From Macrostomum lignano (lineage: Eukaryota), in the NCBI GenBank assembly GCA_002269645.1, contig NIVC01001987.1, positions 62,001-126,000 on the forward strand: DNA of 64,000 bases, given 5' to 3'. The notes under the pieces are model-generated. The model had not been told where the DNA came from. It worked only from the letters and a program-made list of their open reading frames with translations, and ran no database searches. Position 1 is the stretch's first letter; the number at the start of each line of letters is the position of its first letter. The position numbers were made by a program, and so were the translations under genes. This document shows positions 35,167 through 47,300 of the stretch, piece by piece.

Positions 35167-35542
35167 AACCTAGGGATTCACCTGGCCATTTCTATTGGCA
35201 ACACACATGTAGGTTGCTATTGGATGGAATAGTAGTCACATGACTGCTCTCATACATGCGCAACCCCCCTGATTTACACTGGCCATGCGACTTACTTTTT
35301 GACCAAAAATGCGACTTACCTGTGAAAGAAACCCTAACGCAATTTTGGGTAAACGGCAGGAGTAACTATGACTTATAACTTATAAGGGCTAAATGCCTCG
35401 TCATCTAATTAGTACTATGTCTGTATTCTATAGGCTGGGCATTTTTGCGACTTACCCCTGGTCCACCACAATTTACGGTGGCCAGATCGGCCAGGTCGGC
35501 CAGCAGTTGCGCATGTATGACTGCTCTCAGCCAATAGGGACA

Positions 35543-35600
<58 letters not shown>

Positions 35601-35633
35601 GCCAATAGAAACGGCCAAGTGATTCCCAAGGTT
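35167..35633. mobile_element. MITE-like element with ~100-bp inverted arms and an rDNA-derived core
   Basis: AACCTAGGGATTCACCTGGCCATTTCTATTGGCAACACA (35167) matches the reverse complement of TGTGTTGCCAATAGAAACGGCCAAGTGATTCCCAAGGTT (ends 35633). The right arm carries an expanded (TG)n. Confidence 0.65.
35347..35413 (+). pseudogene. 28S (LSU) rRNA fragment, helix 69-71 region
   Basis: GGGTAAACGGCAGGAGTAACTATGACT (26/27) and AAATGCCTCGTCATCTAATTAGT (23/23) match the conserved eukaryotic LSU sequence as recalled; the 14 nt between them are replaced by 17 different nt. Confidence 0.88.
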
Positions 35634-36121
35634 ACGCATGGATGATATGCTTACAATATATTAGTCCTATCAATATGGACCTATCTAATATGAGCATAGA
35701 CTAAGACTAATAGCTAATGTGGATACTTCTGTTACTTGTCATTATAAACTTATTTAGTTTTGATGCCCTAATGGCTAGATCATTTTTACATTATTTACAT
35801 TGTCCCCTTATATATAAAATAGTTTGAAGGCATTAATTTATTTAGTTACTTGCTTGATTGTAGCCAAATTAGCCAATGCCTAATTGTGCATTAGACAACC
35901 AACTAGTGCACTAGTATTTTTTATAATAGTTTGTAGATACTATTTTGTGCCATATTATTTTTGCTTTGCTATATCAAATTATGCTATTTCTTATTGTAGC
36001 ATGCTATACTCTACTACTCTCTCTCGAACCTTGCTAAACAAATTCAAGTAGAAACCATCAGAAATGACTGCCAGTGCTGCGCGCACCCTTTCATGCAGTG
36101 GCGCATTCCGCCAAGTCTCCC

Positions 36122-38549
36122 ATGCTCTCGGTGCTGTCCCGGTCCCGAGGCGCTCGCCTCCTCAGCCTGCTTGCCAGCAGTGGCTGTCAGCCAATTCGCC
36201 CGCTGGCGCTGCTGGCCCCTCTGCCCGGCCAGCTGCTCTGCTGCCGGTGCTTTGCTGCTCCCGCTGAGCCGCAGGGCCAGCCGCGGTCCCCGCCGCAGCA
36301 GCAGCCGCCGCCGCCTCCCGCTGAAGAGAGTCGATGGACAGGTAATTAAGGTTCGCTATTAAGCGATCGCCTACTGAAGAGTTGCAAGAGAATGGAAGCG
36401 AATCTCTGATAGTGTGTGCAAGATGGCTGCGAGCTGATAGTTAAATAGAACTTCAAACGTGTGCGCCACCGGATAGGGTCCTGGCTCTGAGGTTAAGGCC
36501 AGTTGACTACGAGCACAAGAACTAAATAACCGGTCCTGGCCTACCGCGAGTTCGAATCTCACTTTGGAAACACGTAGAAGTTCGCATTTGCTACAATCAG
36601 TGGCCATGTTTCAGGATCTGTCTTCATTTATTTGAGATGAAGAAGCTGAAAAACTGCGATCTTTATTGAATGTCTCAAAGGTCCCAGAAGGCTGGCTGGC
36701 TTTGCATTGATGACGTCAGCTCGAAACACCAATAAGAATGTGCGGTTTAACTTGGGGGGGGGGGGGTTGAAGCGGGTGCAAATGTCTGGAGTTGGAGCTG
36801 AGCCAAGGGGCATCATGACCACCCCGCAGGCAAAAACAGCTGGAAGCTCAGCCTGGTTCTGTTCGGCGCTTTTGTCTCGGTTGGCGCCGCCGGCACACTG
36901 ATTTCGTTCGGCCAGCCGGAGGCGGACGAGTCCGGCCGCCCCGTGCCCGACCGATTCTCGGACAGGCCGCTGCCCGTCGCCTACCTGCTGCGCGCCCTGG
37001 CCAACATGCGCGATTTCAACCGCAGTATCAAGGATCCGATCTCCGACAAGCTGCTGCCGGACCCGGCTCAGCCGCCTTACTACCAGCCGCCCTACACTCT
37101 GGTGCTGGAGGTCACCGGCATCCTGCTGCACAGCGAGTGGTCGTTTCGCACCGGCTGGCGGTTCAAGAAGCGGCCTGGTCTGGACGTCTTCTTGCAGCAG
37201 GTGGCGCCCTACTTTGAAGTTGTGGTCTACACCAAGGACACCATGATGAACCTGGACCCGGTGCTCAAGCAGGTCAGCTTTTTCTATAGCATTTTCTGTG
37301 GCATGCGAACCCCTTAGCTGATTGAATGAGCACACTTTAGCAGCGAAGCTATTGCTCGCCAGATTGCATTGTGGCTGGCTAAATTGCATTGTGGCAATGT
37401 TGCAGAAGATTGTACTTCTTAAGTAATACTTTACTTAACAATTCCCCCCAGCGCTTTAAAACACTGGAAATACAAAGCCATTTTTCGCGCGTCAACTACT
37501 ATGGGGGGATTTTTCTGCTGACAGTTTTTGCTGCTTTGGTAGTTCGTCTGTTGAGCAGAGCTGCGAACAGGCAGCTTGCGTCAATCTAAAAAAACAGCCA
37601 ATGGGGCAAATTAAGCTGTGCTTCAAGTGCAGTTCACTTGTGATTGGGCAGTAGTTCTTAGCTGCGGTAGAAGCACAGGGTGAGCTCCAAGTGCTGTTCA
37701 CTCTGTTGTGATAGGGCAGCAGTTCTTAGCTGCGGTAGAAGCACAGGGTGAGCTCCAAGTGCAGTTCACTCTGTTGTGATAGGGCAGCAGTTCTTAGCTG
37801 CGGTAGAAGCACAGGGTGAGCTCCAAGTGCAGTTCACTCTGTTGTGATAGGGCAGCAGTTCTTAGCTGCGGTAGAAGCACAGGGTGAGCTCCAAGTGCAG
37901 TTCACTCTGTTGTGATAGGGCAGCAGTTTTGTTTGTGTTAAAAACACAGGGTGAGAGCTGCGACCTACCAGAGTCGCATGCTGTGCACAGCCCTTATCTA
38001 TAAATGCTTGAAATATTTCTGTGCATCAAGTTTTGTTGACTTAGAACAAGAATCTGAATTGTGGACAGTAGTTATCAATAGTTTATCTCCACTCGTCCGC
38101 AGGTGGATCCGGACCGGCAGTTCCTGCACTACCGGCTCTACCGAGAGTCCACGCGCTACCGAGACGGCGTGCACCTGAAGGACCTGTCCTGCCTCAACCG
38201 GGACCTGTCCAAGGTGATCTTCGTGGACTGGGACGCCAAGGCCTGCCAGTTGCAGCCGCGCAACTGCCTGGCGATGCGGCGCTGGCGCGGCGACGACCGC
38301 GACCTGGAGCTCATCGACCTCGCCGCCTTCCTGCGGATGCTGCTGGCCGAGCGAGTGGACGATGTCCGGGGGGTGCTGGACTTCTACAGCGGCTTCGAGG
38401 ACCCCATGGCCGAGTTCCGGCTAAGGCAGCAGCAGCTGGTCGAGTCGCAGGAGGCCGCCAAGAAGCGCAAGGCGGCGGCCACGGCTGGCGGCGGCTCCGG
38501 GCGGAAGGCCGGCCCGCTGAGCGGCGTCGGGTTGAGCGGCCTGCGTTGA
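36122..38549 (+). CDS. TIMM50: Mitochondrial import inner membrane translocase subunit TIM50, 3 exons, ~369 aa
   Basis: Exons 36122-36341, 36830-37272, 38103-38549 join in frame. Presequence, TM segment, then [48 protein letters not shown]. Confidence 0.95.
37645..37950. repeat. 68-bp minisatellite in TIMM50 intron 2
   Basis: TGAGCTCCAAG recurs at 37681, 37749 and 37817, a period of 68. Confidence 0.92.
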
Positions 38550-38830
38550 TCCGGGCATTCCCAGCCGCTTAGCAATGCCCAGTGTTTTCCAAATCTTTGC
38601 TGCATTGAACAAATTGACTCTGGCTGCCTTTGGGATGCTTATATAGAGAAGACAGCAGCGGTAGGCCCTGTAAATACGCTCTTGTATCCAAGGGAACTGA
38701 TTGCTGTTGCTATGCAGCCAGATTACCGTGCTCGGTCATAAGCTTTCTACCACCCAATATTTGTCCGCGTTGAGTTCGCCGCGCTTTCGTGGCTTTTGAT
38801 TTCCAGTCGGCCAGCCATTAAAATGAATTT

Positions 38831-39460
38831 TTAGTTCAATTGGGACTTTTGTCGGCTAACTTTAACATTCTGAGAGTATTCGAATGCGATCATGCTTGCA
38901 AGGCTTAGTTCAATTGGGACTTTTGTCGGCTAACTTTAACATTCTGAGAGTATTCGAATGCGATCATGCTTGCAAGGCTTAGTTCAATTGTGCCTGCTAC
39001 ATGTACTTTCTGATCTGAATAGTGCACTCATTGTAGTTTGATGTTCCTGCATAAATGCTATTTTTGTTAATGCAGTTTGGCCCCTGTCTTGGCCGCAGTG
39101 CTGGCTAATCACCTGTACATGCAGTTTGGCCTGGCTGCAGTGCTGGCTAATCACCTGTACATGCAGTTTGGCCTGGCCGCAGTGCTGGCTAATCACCTGT
39201 ACATGCAGTTTGGCCTGGCCGCAGTGCTGGCTAATCACCTGTACATGCAGTTTGGCCTGGCCGCAGTGCTGGCTAATCACCTGTACATGCAGTTTGGCCT
39301 GGCTGCAGTGCTGGCTAATCACCTGTACATGCAGTTTGGCCTGGCTGCAGTGCTGGCTAATCACCTGTACATGCAGTTTGGCCTGGCCGCAGTGCTGGCT
39401 AATCACTTGTACATGCAGTTTGGCCTGGCTGCAGTGCTGGCTAATCACCTGTACATGCAG
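38831..39460. repeat. 74-bp tandem duplication (38831-38988) and 42-bp minisatellite (39075-39460)
   Basis: TTAGTTCAAT recurs at 38831, 38905 and 38979; about 9 copies of the unit containing GCAGTGCTGGCTAATCACCTGTACATGCAGTTTGG. Confidence 0.9.
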
Positions 39461-40034
39461 TTATTTTGTTGCTATAGTTTAGGAAACGGCAGCCTCAGCA
39501 TTTTTCCCTCCTTCCCCTGTTCCGTGCTATGCTGCCCAGTGACGCTGCTATCTATTAGCTAGTTAAATTAGTTTTAATTACGATTCTTTGCAACATTGTT
39601 GTTGCTGCCTGATGCCGCCTGGAATTAGAAAATCCTTTGATAAATTAATTTTTCCCAAGTTTGCAGTTTTGCAAAAAATACACGCCGGATTGAACTCCAG
39701 TGCACTCATTGGCGCGGGAGATCTGCTCTGCTTTTCCGCCTGTGTTCCTGAGTGAGAATTCTGACAAGTGCAGCTTGCTAAGCTGTTTGCTTTACTCAGA
39801 TTTATTTCTGTTACGCTTTTGTGGCCGTCAGTCACAAGTAATTTGCTAGCTCTTGGCTGGCTTGATAAGCCTGACCCGAAATTGTCTGTCTGAGACTATC
39901 AGCTAGACTTCTCCGCCGCTCCTCTGTTGTGTTTGCTAGTGCCAGGCACCTGTGGGGGCGCCCCGTTGGAAACATTTCTCTCGCTCTTAAATCACATCAG
40001 CACCGGAAGCCGGAAGCCTATCGCCTCTCAGTGT

Positions 40035-41205
40035 ACCCACCCGTCCGCACCCATGTACCCACTGTCCGCCCCCATGTACCCACTGTCCGCCCCCATGTAC
40101 CCACTGTCCGCCCCCATGTACCCACTGTCCGCCCCTCCATGTACCCACCCGTCCGCACCCATGTACCCACTGTCCGCCCCCATGTACTCACTGTCCGCCC
40201 CCATGTACCCACTGTCCGCCCCTCCATGTACCCACTGTCCGCCCCTCCATGTACCCACTGTCTGCCCCTCTATGTACTCATTGTCCGCCCCTCCATGTAC
40301 CCACTGTCCACCCCTCTAGGTACCCATTGTCCGCCCCTCCATGCACCCACTTTCCGCCCCCTGTACCCGCCGTCCGCCCCCATGTATCCACTTTCCGCCC
40401 CCATGTACCCACCGTCCACACCCATGCGCCCGCTGTCCGCCCTTCCATGTACCCACCGTCCACACCCATGCGCCCGCTGTCCGCCCTTCCATGTACCCAC
40501 CTTCCACACCCATGCGCCCGCTGTCCGCCCTTCCATGTACCCACCGTCCACACCCATGCGCCCGCTGTCCGCCCTTCCATGTACCCACCGTCCACACCCA
40601 TGCGCCCGCTGTCCGCCCTTCCATGTACCCACCGTCCACACCCATGCGCCCGCTGTCCGCCCTTCCATGTACCCACCGTCCACACCCATGCGCCCGCTGT
40701 CCGCCCTTCCATGTACCCACCTTCCACACCCATGCGCCCGCTGTCCGCCCTTCCATGTACCCACCGTCCACACCCATGCGCCCGCTGTCCGCCCTTCCAT
40801 GTACCCACCTTCCACACCCATGCGCCCGCTGTCCGCCCTTCCATGTACCCACCGTCCACACCCATGCGCCCGCTGTCCGCCCTTCCATGTACCCACCTTC
40901 CACACCCATGCGCCCGCTGTCCGCCCTTCCATGTACCCACCGTCCACACCCATGCGCCCGCTGTCCGCCCTTCCATGTACCCACCGTCCACACCCATGCG
41001 CCCGTTGTCCGCCCTTCCATGTACCCACCGTCCACACCCATGCGCCCGCTGTCCGCCCTTCCATGTACCCACCGTCCACACCCATGCGCCCGTTGTCCGC
41101 CCTTCCATGTACCCACCGTCCACACCCATGCGCCCGCTGTCCGCCCTTCCATGTACCCACCGTCCACACCCATGCGCCCGCTGTCCGCCCTTCCATGTAC
41201 CCGCT
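40035..41205. repeat. C-rich 22/44-bp minisatellite upstream of the AGL start
   Basis: A ~22-bp unit (CCATGTACCCACTGTCCGCCCC) evolves into a 44-bp higher-order unit. Confidence 0.94.
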
Positions 41206-41396
41206 GTCCGACCCTTTATGCACCCAGTGTCTGGCCCTCCACGTCATCACTATCTGCCCTTCATGTAACCACTGTTGATTATTCCGCTGTAAAAGTTTCA
41301 TTCTTTGTGATGAGTAGCTTTATTTGTTTCGATCTGTTGTGTCTGCACCCCTCTATGTCCTGATATGTTGGCCTGACTCTTGCAGAGGCCTCACTC

Positions 41397-44300
41397 ATGG
41401 ACACCAACAGCGACGCCGGCGAGGTGCTGGAGCTGCCGCTCAGCGACGGCCTGAACACAGAGGGAGCCCTGCACCGCCTGCGGGCTGGCGATTTGCTGCG
41501 CTTCACCCTGCACCACAGCCTGGTCGGCCAGCACAGCAACCTGCTGCTCGAGACCAACCACCCGCCCGCTGCCGATGCGGCCTTCAGCCGATCCGCCTGG
41601 CGCCGCCTGGGCTTCACCTCGGCTCACCCGCTGGACTGTTTCGATGCCTGCGCCGATCTGCTCATCTGCCAGGCTGGCTGCTTTGATTTCCGGCTTCTGC
41701 GTCCGGCTGTCGGTGGCGAGGAGGCGGCGACCCAGGCTGCTGTGGCCGTTGGAAGCTTCGTGGTAGAGCCGCAGCTGCCGCTCTCCGTGCCGCTGGAGGT
41801 TCGTGCTTGAACTTATTGAAACTTGCCAGCATGTTGAATGAGTCCTTGAGTTGGTTTGCAGGGTGCAGATCAAGGCGTCAGTTAAGGAGTTTTGCTTATT
41901 TTGCTGATCCGTGAGCACACAGCACTCACAGAGTGCACCGCGGCCTTGACTTCATTGTCTGAGTTGCACACTTCGCCTTGGTAGTTGGACTTTAGTAGTG
42001 ACCAGAAAAGTAAAAGGCAAAATTTTATCAAAGCAATCTATTTTTGCTTTTGCACCTAAGGACACCACCAGCTTTTCATTCCATATCTGTTGTTAAGGCG
42101 AGGATCTTTATAAGGTTTCGAAAGCCATCAGGCTAATGATGAATTAGAAATCTATTTTGAGTTCGGGAATTCGTTCCTTAGTAATACGAGTAGCTCTGCT
42201 GGTCAGCTTGGCATTTCAGCTGACTTAAGTGATTCCTTCTACCATTCCCACTTACAGGGCCTGAAGGTGCAGACTTACCTGGCCAAGAGCCTGGGCCCGC
42301 TGTCCGGCTGGCTGCCCCGCCTGTCTGTGGCGGCAGCCTGCGGCTACAACATGATTCACTTCACGCCGCTGCAGGAGCTGGGCTACTCCCACTCTGCCTA
42401 CTCGCTGCGCGACCAGCTCAAACCAAATCCAGCCTTCGCCGCCGATTGGCCGCAGATTTCGGCCCTGATCGAACGGCTGCAGACGGAGCTCGGCCTGCTG
42501 TCTATGGCCGATCTCGTCTTCAACCACACGGCCAACGATTCGCCCTGGATTGCCGAGCACCCCGAGTGCGCCTACAACTTGGTGAACACACCGCACCTGC
42601 GACCCGCCTATCTGGTTGATCGGGCCATCGTGCACTGGTCCGAGTGCATCGCTAGGGGCGACTACAAAGCTGACGGCCTTGGAGACAAAGTTTCCACGGA
42701 GGAGCATCTGGAGAAGGTTTGAGGAGCTTCAGTGACTGGATTTTGGTCGTTTTGGGTAGCTTTGGGTTTAAGTAGCTTGGGTTTGAGCAGCTTTCGTTTG
42801 AGCAGCTTAGGTTTAAGTAGCTTGGGTTTGAGCAGCTTGGGTTTTAGTAGCTTGGGTTTGAGCAGCTTTCGTTTGAGTAGCTTGGCTTGAGTAGCTTGGG
42901 TTTGAGTAGCTAGGGTTTGAGTAGCTTGGGTTTGAGCAGCTTGGGTTTGAGCAGCTTTCGTTTGAGCAGCTTGGGTTTGAGTAGCTTGGGTTTGAGCAGC
43001 TTGGGTTTCAGTAGCTTGGGTTTGAGCAGCTTTCGTTTGAGCAGCTTGGGTTTGAGTAGCTTGGGTTTGAGTAGCTTGGGTTTGAGCAGCTTGGGTTTGA
43101 GTAGCTTGGGTTTTAGCAGCTTTCGTTTAAGCAGCTTGGGTTTGAGTAGCTTGGGTTTGAGTAGCTTGGGTTTGAGCAGCTTGGGTTTTAGCAGCTTTCG
43201 TTTGAGCAGCTTGGGTTTGAGTAGCTTGGGTTTTAGCAGCTTTCGTTTAAGCAGCTTGGGTTTGAGTAGCTTGGGTTTGAGTAGCTTGGGTTTGAGCAGC
43301 TTGGGTTTGAGCAGCTTTCGTTTGAGCAGCTTGGGTTTGAGTAGCTTGGGTTTTAGCAGCTTTCGTTTAAGCAGCTTGGGTTTGAGTAGCTTGGGTTTGA
43401 GTAGCTTGGGTTTGAGCAGCTTGGGTTTGAGTAGCTTGGGTTTGAGCAGCTTGGGTTTGAGTAGCTTGGATTTGAGCAGCTTTCGTTTGAGCAGCTTGGG
43501 TTTGAGTAGCTTGGGTTTGAGCAGCTTGGGTTTGAGCAGCTTTCGTTTGAGCAGCTTGGGTTTGAGTAGCTTGGGTTTGAGTAGCTTAGGTTTGAGCAGC
43601 TTGGGTTTGAGTAGCTTGGGTTTGAGCAGCTTTCGTTTGAGTAGCTTGGGTTTGAGTAGCTTTGGTTTGAGTAGCTTGGGTTTGCGCAGCTTGGGTTTGG
43701 GTAGCTTGGGTTTGGGTAGCTTGGGTTTGAGCAGCTTTGGTTCAAGCAGCTTGGGTTTCAGTAGCTTGGGTTTGAGCAGCTTGGGTTTGAGCAGCTTGGG
43801 TTTGAGTAGCTTGGGTTTAAGCAGCTTGGGTTTCAGTAGCTACCCAAGTGGTCAGCCAATCAAGGGCAGCCTGTCGTACCCATTTTAGGCCAAGCAGAAA
43901 CTGCGCGCTATCTTGGAGGGACTAAATATTTCCGATTTCTACTTGTGCCACGTGGACAACCTGGTGGCCGAGTTCTCCGCCTACCTGGTGTCCGGGCACT
44001 GCCCCACCACCGGCCAGCTGGAATCGCTGGCCCCAGAGCTGCTGCTGCTGCAGCCAGACCCGGCCTATCGCAGGCACGGCTGTAGGGTGCGCATGGACCT
44101 GGCCGCCAAGTACCACTACCTGCCCGTCAGGCACCTGCCCGCCTCCGTGGACCGGGCCGCTGCCAGCCTGCGCCAGCACCTGGACTATCTTAATGCCGAG
44201 CGAGCCAAGGAGATTGCGGTTCACATCTCAGCTGCTGTGGACAATGCTATTGCTGGCGCCAGATACAGGTGACTGACTGATTGTGGTATTTCTTGTATTT

Positions 44301-47300
44301 TCGGATTTGGTAATCAGCCTGCTCTTAGATAAGTCCAATTAAAATCATAGCCAGAATGCCCTTGGGCTTCATTTTTGGTACCGAAAAAGAAGCTCGAGCC
44401 GATTCTCGAATTTAAAGACTTTACTTTAACTCCTGTTACGTTTGCTTCTTCCGTTATTTCTTTCGCTTTATTAACTAGGTCGTTTCAAATCATTTTATAC
44501 ATTCTATAAAATGTCAACATCAGACTCCTTCGGCACGCTTTTTAATAATAGCGCGCTAAATGGGACATTGTTTAATGCTTTCTGACAGTGTTTGAAGTTT
44601 CTAAGAAGTTAAATTTTGGCGCGAATTCAAACTGTGTAGCTTGTAGCTGGTGGTACATTTCGTCAGCAAAAGATGAACCCATCGCGTTGCTCCTTTCCCC
44701 AGGTTCGTGAACCCGGATGGCGAGCTGCTCGGCCGGGTCACAGCGGACACGCCGATGGTGTGGAACTACTTCCTGCACCAGTGGCCTGACATCCCCCTGT
44801 CCAGCTGCGAGCGGCAGGTCCTTGACTCGCCTGACCGGGCCGTCCGCGTCATGGCGCACAACGGCTGGGTGATGAACGACGACCCGATGCGCAACTTTGC
44901 CGAGCAGCCCGACTGCAACATATTCCTGCGCCGTGAGCTCATCGTCTGGGGCGACTCAGTGAAGCTGCGCTACGGCCGGGGTCCCGACGACTGCCCCTAC
45001 CTGTGGCAGCGCATGGCCGAGTACACCGAGAGCACCGCCCGGGTGTTCCATGCTGTCCGCCTCGACAACTGCCACTCCACTCCGCTGCACGTGGCGCAGC
45101 ACATGCTTGACAGGGCCCGGGCTGTGCGGCCCGACCTCTACGTTACTGGCGAGCTGTTCACCGGCTCGGAGAGGCTGGACAATATCTTCATCAGCCGACT
45201 GGGCATCAGCTCGTGCATTCGGGAGGCTTTAAGCGCTTGGAGTCCGTTTGAGCTGGGCAGGCAGGTTTACAAGTGAGTTGCAGTGTTGGCACCGGCTTAC
45301 AAGCTATCCGTCACTCCATCCCTTATCACTCTGATGTCTTATGAACTGTAGGACTTTCACTTGTGTGTTTTGCAAGTATCCGTAACTCAGTCCCTTATCA
45401 ATCTGGTGTCTTATGAATTGTAGGACTTCCACTTGTGTATTTTGCAAGTATCCGTAACTCAGTCCCTTATCAATCTGGTGTATTATGAACTGTAGGACTT
45501 CCACTTGTGTATTTTGCAAGTATCCGTCACTCAGTCCCTTATCAATCTGGTGTATTATGAATTGTTGGACTTCCACTTGTGTGTTTTGCAAGTACCCGTC
45601 ACTCAGTCCCTTATCAATCTGGTGTCTTATGAATTGTTGGACTTCCACTTGTGTATTTTGCAAGTATCCGTCACTCAGTCCCTTATCAATCTGGTGTCTT
45701 ATGAATTGTTGGACTTCCACTTGTGTGTTTTGCAAGTATCCGTCACTCAGTCCCTTATCAATCTGGTGTATTATGAATTGTTGGACTTCCACTTGTGTGT
45801 TTTGCAAGTATCCGTCACTCAGTCCCTTATCAATCTGGTGTATTATGAATTGTTGGACTTCCACTTGTGTGTTTTGCAAGTATCCGTCACTCAGTCCCTT
45901 ATCAATCTGGTGTCTTATGAATTGTAGGACTTCCACTTGTGTGTTTTGCAAGTATCCGTCACTCAGTCCCTTATCAATCTGGTGTATTATGAATTGTTGG
46001 ACTTCCACTTGTGTATTTTGCAAGTATCCGTCACTCAGTCCCTTATCAATCTGGTGTATTATGAATTGTAGGACTTCCACTTGTGTGTTTTGCAAGTATC
46101 CGTCACTCAGTCCCTTATCAATCTGGTGTCTTATGAATTGTTGGACTTCCACTTGTGTGTTTTGCAAGTATCCGTCACTCAGTCCCTTATCAATCTGATG
46201 TATTATGAATTGTTGGACTTCCACTTGTGTGTTTTGCAAGTATCCGTCACTCAGTCCCTTATCAATCTGGTGTCTTATGAATTGTTGGACTTCCACTTGT
46301 GTATTTTGCAAGTATCCGTCACTCAGTCCCTTATCAATCTGGTGTCTTATGAATTGTTGGACTTCCACTTGTGTATTTTGCAAGTATCCGTCACTCAGTC
46401 CCTTATCAATCTGGTGTATTATGAATTGTTGGACTTCCACTTGTGTGTTTTGCAAGTATCCGTCACTCAGTCCCTTATCAATCTGGTGTCTTATGAATTG
46501 TAGGACTTCCACTTGTGTGTTTTGCAAGTATCCGTCACTCAGTCCCTTATCAATCTGGTGTATTATGAATTGTTGGACTTCCACTTGTGTGTTTTGCAAG
46601 TATCCGTCACTCAGTCCCTTATCAATCTGGTGTCTTATGAATTGTTGGACTTCCACTTGTGTGTTTTGCAAGTATCCGTCACTCAGTCCCTTATCAATCT
46701 GGTGTATTATGAATTGTTGGACTTCCACTTGTGTGTTTTGCAAGTATCCGTCACTCAGTCCCTTATCAATCTGGTGTCTTATGAATTGTTGGACTTCCAC
46801 TTGTGTATTTTGCAAGTATCCGTCACTCAGTCCCTTATCAATCTGGTGTCTTATGAATTGTTGGACTTCCACTTGTGTATTTTGCAAGTATCCGTCACTC
46901 AGTCCCTTATCTCTCACTGGATCACCGAGTTCTCTAACAAGCCCGGTAACCATCGCAGATACGGCGGCCCGCCTGTAGGCGACCTGCAGCGCGAGCGCAG
47001 CCACCCCATCTGCTCGGCGGTGTCGCGCGCCCTGCTGTTCGACGCCACTCACGACAATCCGAGCCCCGTGGAGGCCCGCTCTGCACACAACCTGCTGCCC
47101 GCCTCAGCCCTGGTGGCCATGGCCGCTTGCGCCACGGGCAGCAACCGCGGCTACGACGAGCTTGTGCCGCATCACATCCACGTGGTGCAGGAGACTCGTC
47201 TGTACCAGACTGTGCAGCAGGTAACTTGGCGGATGTTCTGAGCCTGCAAGATGGTCAATTCAGTGCTAAATAGTGCACTAAAATGCCAAAGCGAATTTAA

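Noticed and set aside
39927-43888. Pro/His-rich, Gly-rich and LGLSS repeat ORFs
   Set aside because: Minisatellite translations outside or within AGL introns.
45304-47088. 594-aa minus-strand ORF and the overlapping repeat ORFs
   Set aside because: A translation of the 72-bp intronic minisatellite of AGL; the unit length is a multiple of 3 and happens to lack stops.
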